The position numbers were made by a program, and so were the translations under genes. This document shows positions 25,400-28,557 of a DNA stretch of 28,557 nucleotides, one piece after another. Position 1 is the first letter of the stretch. Each line of letters begins with the position of its first letter. Location of the stretch: NCBI GenBank assembly GCA_034190465.1, contig JAXINV010000036.1, positions 1 to 28,557 on the forward strand, written 5' to 3'. Source of the DNA: Candidatus Asbonarchaeum danakilense. Its GTDB lineage: Archaea; Nanohalarchaeota; Nanosalinia; Nanosalinales; Nanoanaerosalinaceae. Below the pieces are notes generated by a model. The model was not told the origin of the DNA, did not search any database, and saw only the letters and a list, made by a program, of their open reading frames with translations.

Positions 25400-26833
25400 A
25401 TGACCCTGCAGGTCTACAATTCGCTCTCCAACGAGAAGGAGGCGTTCCAGCCGCTGCAAGACGGTCTCGTCGCGATGTACGTCTGTGGCCAGACGGTGTA
25501 CGACTACATGCACATCGGCCACGGCCGGACGTACATCGCGTTCGACGTGATCCGCCGCTACCTGGAGTTCAAGGGCTACGCGGTCAAGACGGTGATCAAC
25601 ATCACCGACGTCAACGACAAGATCAACGACCGCGCGGAGGAGGAAGGCCGCGAGCCGCGCGAGGTCGCGGACGAGTACGCCCGCATCAACCTGGAGGACT
25701 TCGAGGAACTGGGCGTCCACGCGGACGCCTACCCGAAGGCCTCGGAGTACGTCGACGAGATGATCGAGACGGTCGAGGCCCTGATCGAGAAGGGGCTGGC
25801 GTACGAGTCGCAGGGCAACGTGTTCTTCGACGTCCGGGAGTTCGCTGACTACGGCAAGCTGTCCAACCAGGAGCTGGAGGACATCTCCGGTGACCGCGAC
25901 GACATCATGGCGATGGACGCGAAGAAGCACCCGGAGGACTTCGTCCTCTGGCGCTCCAGGTCGAGCGACGATACGAACGGCCCGACCTGGGACAGTCCCT
26001 GGGGCGAGGGCGTGCCGGGCTGGCACATCGAGTGCTCTGCTATGTCCTCCAAGCTGCTCGGCGACCGGTTCGACATCCACGGTGGGGGCAGCGATCTGGT
26101 GTTCCCGCACCACGAGGATGAGATCGCGCAGGCGGAAGGCGCGACTGGCGAGGAGCCCTGGGTCAAGTACTGGATGCACTCCGGGCTGGTCCGGATGGAG
26201 GAGGACAAGATGTCCAAGTCCCTCGGCAACTTCGTCCCGACCCGCGAGCTGCTGGAGGAGTACGATCCAGGGGTGTTGCGGCTGCTTGTCGCCTCGACGC
26301 ACTACCGCAAGCCGCTTGACTATTCTGAAGAGAAGCTCGAGGAGGCGGAGCAGAACCTGGCGAAGCTGCGGAACGCGCGCAACAACCTGGAGGCTGAGCT
26401 GAACAACGTCGCGTTCGTCCCCGACAAGTTGGACGACCACGATGTTGAGACGCTTGACAAGGTGTTCGAGCTCCGGGAGCGGTTCATCGACGCGATGGAC
26501 GATGATTTCAATACGCCGGAGGCGTTGAAGAACCTGTTCGAGCTGGCTTCAAGGGCGAATGCGTACGTCAACGATGACAGGGCGTCAAAGCGCCCGGTCA
26601 TTGAACGCGCGTTGAAGGAGCTGCATGAACTGGCCTGGGTCGTCGGTGTGCTCGGTGAGGAGGCGCAGACCGGTGAAGAGGCCAGCGCGTTCATCGATCT
26701 GGCGGTCGATGCCAGGGAGAAGGCCCGGGAGTCGGAGCAGTACGAGTTGGCTGACTGGATTCGCGACCGGCTGGCGGAGAAGGGGGTCGAGCTGGAGGAT
26801 ACCTCGACGGGGACGCGGTGGACTAGAGGGTAG
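25400..26833 (+). CDS. cysS: Cysteine--tRNA ligase
   Basis: YVCG.TVYD..HIGH, PGWHIECSAM, HGGG.DL.FPHHE, KMSKS, MDDDFNT and AD.IRD.L motifs. Confidence 0.97.
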   Translation: MTLQVYNSLSNEKEAFQPLQDGLVAMYVCGQTVYDYMHIGHGRTYIAFDVIRRYLEFKGYAVKTVINITDVNDKINDRAEEEGREPREVADEYARINLEDFEELGVHADAYPKASEYVDEMIETVEALIEKGLAYESQGNVFFDVREFADYGKLSNQELEDISGDRDDIMAMDAKKHPEDFVLWRSRSSDDTNGPTWDSPWGEGVPGWHIECSAMSSKLLGDRFDIHGGGSDLVFPHHEDEIAQAEGATGEEPWVKYWMHSGLVRMEEDKMSKSLGNFVPTRELLEEYDPGVLRLLVASTHYRKPLDYSEEKLEEAEQNLAKLRNARNNLEAELNNVAFVPDKLDDHDVETLDKVFELRERFIDAMDDDFNTPEALKNLFELASRANAYVNDDRASKRPVIERALKELHELAWVVGVLGEEAQTGEEASAFIDLAVDAREKARESEQYELADWIRDRLAEKGVELEDTSTGTRWTRG

Positions 26834-26916
26834 TCCCCTCGTCTTCGTCGTCCTCGTCGATCAGTTCGGCGGCGCGGTCGCCCAGGTAGCCTTTGATCTT
26901 TTCTTTTTGTTCCTTC

Positions 26917-27357
26917 TTACTGGTCTTGTTCTTCGTCATCTGTATCACCGAGTGACTCGACCGTTGCTTGGAAGTCCTCGCTGTCCACGTTTAAAGGTTT
27001 TATGTTGAGGTAGCCGTCGTGCGAGATGAACACGGCGACCTTCTCACCGCGGAACCCGATGTCGAACAGTCCGAGGCCGAGCAGGTCGCGGCAGAGTCCG
27101 ATGGCGTCCTCTCGAGGGATCTCGGTCTCGTCCTCGATTTCGTACTGTTCCTCGAACACGTCGAGTGGGATCTCCAGTGCGTCGTAGTATGGGAGTGGCA
27201 TGCTGGATTCATCGATGACGAGTTCGAGGGTGTCCTCGTCGAATGCGTCGAAGACGTCCTCGACGAGGTTGGCGTACTGGACTGGCTTCGGTACGAGGTA
27301 CAGGTCGACGGACTTGTAATCGCCCCGTACTGCTGTGTCGACGTCGAGTTCTTCCAT
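26917..27357 (-). CDS. Acidic hypothetical protein
   Basis: 146-aa D/E-rich ORF; GGAGA SD-like and TTTTA upstream. Confidence 0.65.
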   Translation of the reverse strand: MEELDVDTAVRGDYKSVDLYLVPKPVQYANLVEDVFDAFDEDTLELVIDESSMPLPYYDALEIPLDVFEEQYEIEDETEIPREDAIGLCRDLLGLGLFDIGFRGEKVAVFISHDGYLNIKPLNVDSEDFQATVESLGDTDDEEQDQ

Positions 27358-27460
27358 GGCTGTGTCTCCTTTTTGGGGAGGAAGGTAAAAAGATGATGGG
27401 TTGTTCGTTTGGAGGGCACACTCGCCAACTGGTTTAAGCGGTCGGTACCCCTATTGGTAT

Positions 27461-27919
27461 ATGGACGTTGAGAAGATCCGATATATGGTCCTGGCCACGG
27501 CCCCCGATTACAGGGTCCGTGCGGCGGCGATCGCGGCAGTGTTTGCGGACACGGTCACGACGATCTATCTGCTCTACCTGTCAGGGCTGTCTGTCACTGA
27601 GTTCAACCCGCTGGCCATGCTCGCCAGGTTCGGGTTCGTCGGGGAGGTCCTGTTCATGGCGGTGCCGCTGTTCGCTGTGATGCTGCTGCTCTACCTTCCC
27701 GGCATCCTCGGCGATGCTGTGGGGCTTTCGAACGTTTTTGTTCATCTCTTCGCCGCTGGCATCAATATCAGCCACCTTTTCGGGATGCCGCTGGAGCACG
27801 CTGTCGGTGTATCGGCTCAGCAGGCATACATCTTCGCTATCACTGCCTCGTCCGGGATCGGTGCGTTGTGGTACCTTCCCCGGATGCGTGACCGGATGCA
27901 GCAGTATCAGTCCCGGTAG
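27461..27919 (+). CDS. Membrane protein (DUF5658-like)
   Basis: DTVTT...G...EFNPL motif and 4 TM helices; TTTAAG at ~27433. Confidence 0.6.
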   Translation: MDVEKIRYMVLATAPDYRVRAAAIAAVFADTVTTIYLLYLSGLSVTEFNPLAMLARFGFVGEVLFMAVPLFAVMLLLYLPGILGDAVGLSNVFVHLFAAGINISHLFGMPLEHAVGVSAQQAYIFAITASSGIGALWYLPRMRDRMQQYQSR

Positions 27920-28347
27920 GTCTCGATAAGCAGGAAGACGATGAGTAGGAGGACGTCCATCCCGTACCAGCACACGGGAATACCCATTCTGACGCATTCA
28001 GGGTAGAGGTCGGTGCCGTAGCTGAAGTCGAGCGGGTAGAGGAAGTTGTACGGGTTGGAGATGGTGTCGAACAGGAGGTGGATGGAGAAAGCGCCGAGCA
28101 GCAGCCGTGCATACTTCTGGAGCCGGTCTGCAAGCAGGATGGCGGCAAGACCGATTACTGGCAGCAGGAGGGCGGAGTGGCTCCATGAAGCCCGCTCTGC
28201 GAGAGCGATATGCGGGTTGACCAGGTCGGGCAGCACGCCGAAGAACCCGACGAGCAGTACGGTCCTGTAGGAGTGATTGACGCCCCTCCAGAGGCCGTAC
28301 AGCCGCAGCGCGACGATCGGCGCCAGGATGTGGGTGATCGGCAGCAA
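27907..28347 (-). CDS. Membrane-bound metal-dependent hydrolase (YdjM/DUF457-like)
   Basis: TH...LPDL...SHS...HLLFD motifs; TTG start immediately after the tRNA-Gln discriminator. Confidence 0.75.
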   Translation of the reverse strand: MLPITHILAPIVALRLYGLWRGVNHSYRTVLLVGFFGVLPDLVNPHIALAERASWSHSALLLPVIGLAAILLADRLQKYARLLLGAFSIHLLFDTISNPYNFLYPLDFSYGTDLYPECVRMGIPVCWYGMDVLLLIVFLLIETYRD

Positions 28348-28557
28348 TAGCCCGGCCCGGATTCGAACCAGGGGCAGGAGGTGTCTCCACCACACGCCGT
28401 TGTGTCAGGGTTCCGGCCGGTTCGCGGAGCGAACCGGTCCCTTCTACTCACTTGCTTCTGGAGGAAGCAAGTTCGAACAGCAGTCTTTCGGACCTGCTGT
28501 GTCGCGAAGCGTGCGAGTGCCAAAGCCTCCTATGTTTGACCGCTACACCACCGGGCT
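28348..28557 (-). tRNA. tRNA-Gln(TTG) with 137-nt intron at 37/38 (intron 28383-28519)
   Basis: AGCCCGG/CCGGGCT acceptor with archaeal A1-U72; GGAGG-CTTTGG|A-CCTCC anticodon arm; TTCGAAT T-loop; bulge-helix-bulge at the junctions. Confidence 0.92.

Noticed and set aside
25271..26440. Long antisense ORFs (389 aa here; also 9045-10076, 12506-13345, 14515-15345 and others)
   Set aside because: Shadow frames of GC-rich real genes, with no motifs
28348..28395. N-terminal extension of the hydrolase ORF to 28395
   Set aside because: Runs through the tRNA-Gln 3' exon; TTG at 28347 fits the family N-terminus
19020..28415. CCTGAC motif shared by SRP helix 8, the tRNA-Cys leader and the tRNA-Gln intron
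   Set aside because: A 6-mer in different structural contexts; chance cannot be excluded
1..28557. CRISPR arrays, transposases, integrases, rRNA genes
   Set aside because: None recognisable in the window

Overview
GC-rich archaeal chromosomal DNA with a strongly acidic proteome, very compact genes and many TATA boxes about 25-30 nt upstream of start codons. This fits a halophilic DPANN (Nanohaloarchaeota-like) organism, by inference. From left to right: a copper/metal-homeostasis cluster (YHS-containing permease, CopB-type P1B ATPase, His/Met-rich and Cys-motif proteins, PadR regulator with a metallothionein-like tail, Na+/H+ antiporter, cupredoxin lipoprotein); an archaeosortase-family gene, DUF460, Hef helicase/nuclease and a HerA-like ATPase; a pilin-LamG/secreted-protein cluster; a GET3/ArsA ATPase, a degenerate M50 protease, a PD-(D/E)XK nuclease, TraB and the SRP RNA; small Zn-finger and hypothetical genes; tRNA-Cys, a Bax-inhibitor protein, a PRTase, cysS, and an intron-containing tRNA-Gln. 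The RNA elements are the most unusual part. (1) A ~108-nt multi-hairpin RNA lies between the promoter and tRNA-Cys, repeats the tRNA's 5' end and can alternatively sequester it. (2) The ~265-nt SRP RNA appears to lack helix 6 and has a non-GNRA helix-8 loop. (3) tRNA-Gln carries a 137-nt highly structured intron. Also notable are a probable ATT start codon (DUF460), a Cys-to-Ser archaeosortase and a catalytically degenerate site-2 protease. All calls come from reading the sequence by eye; no searches were run.
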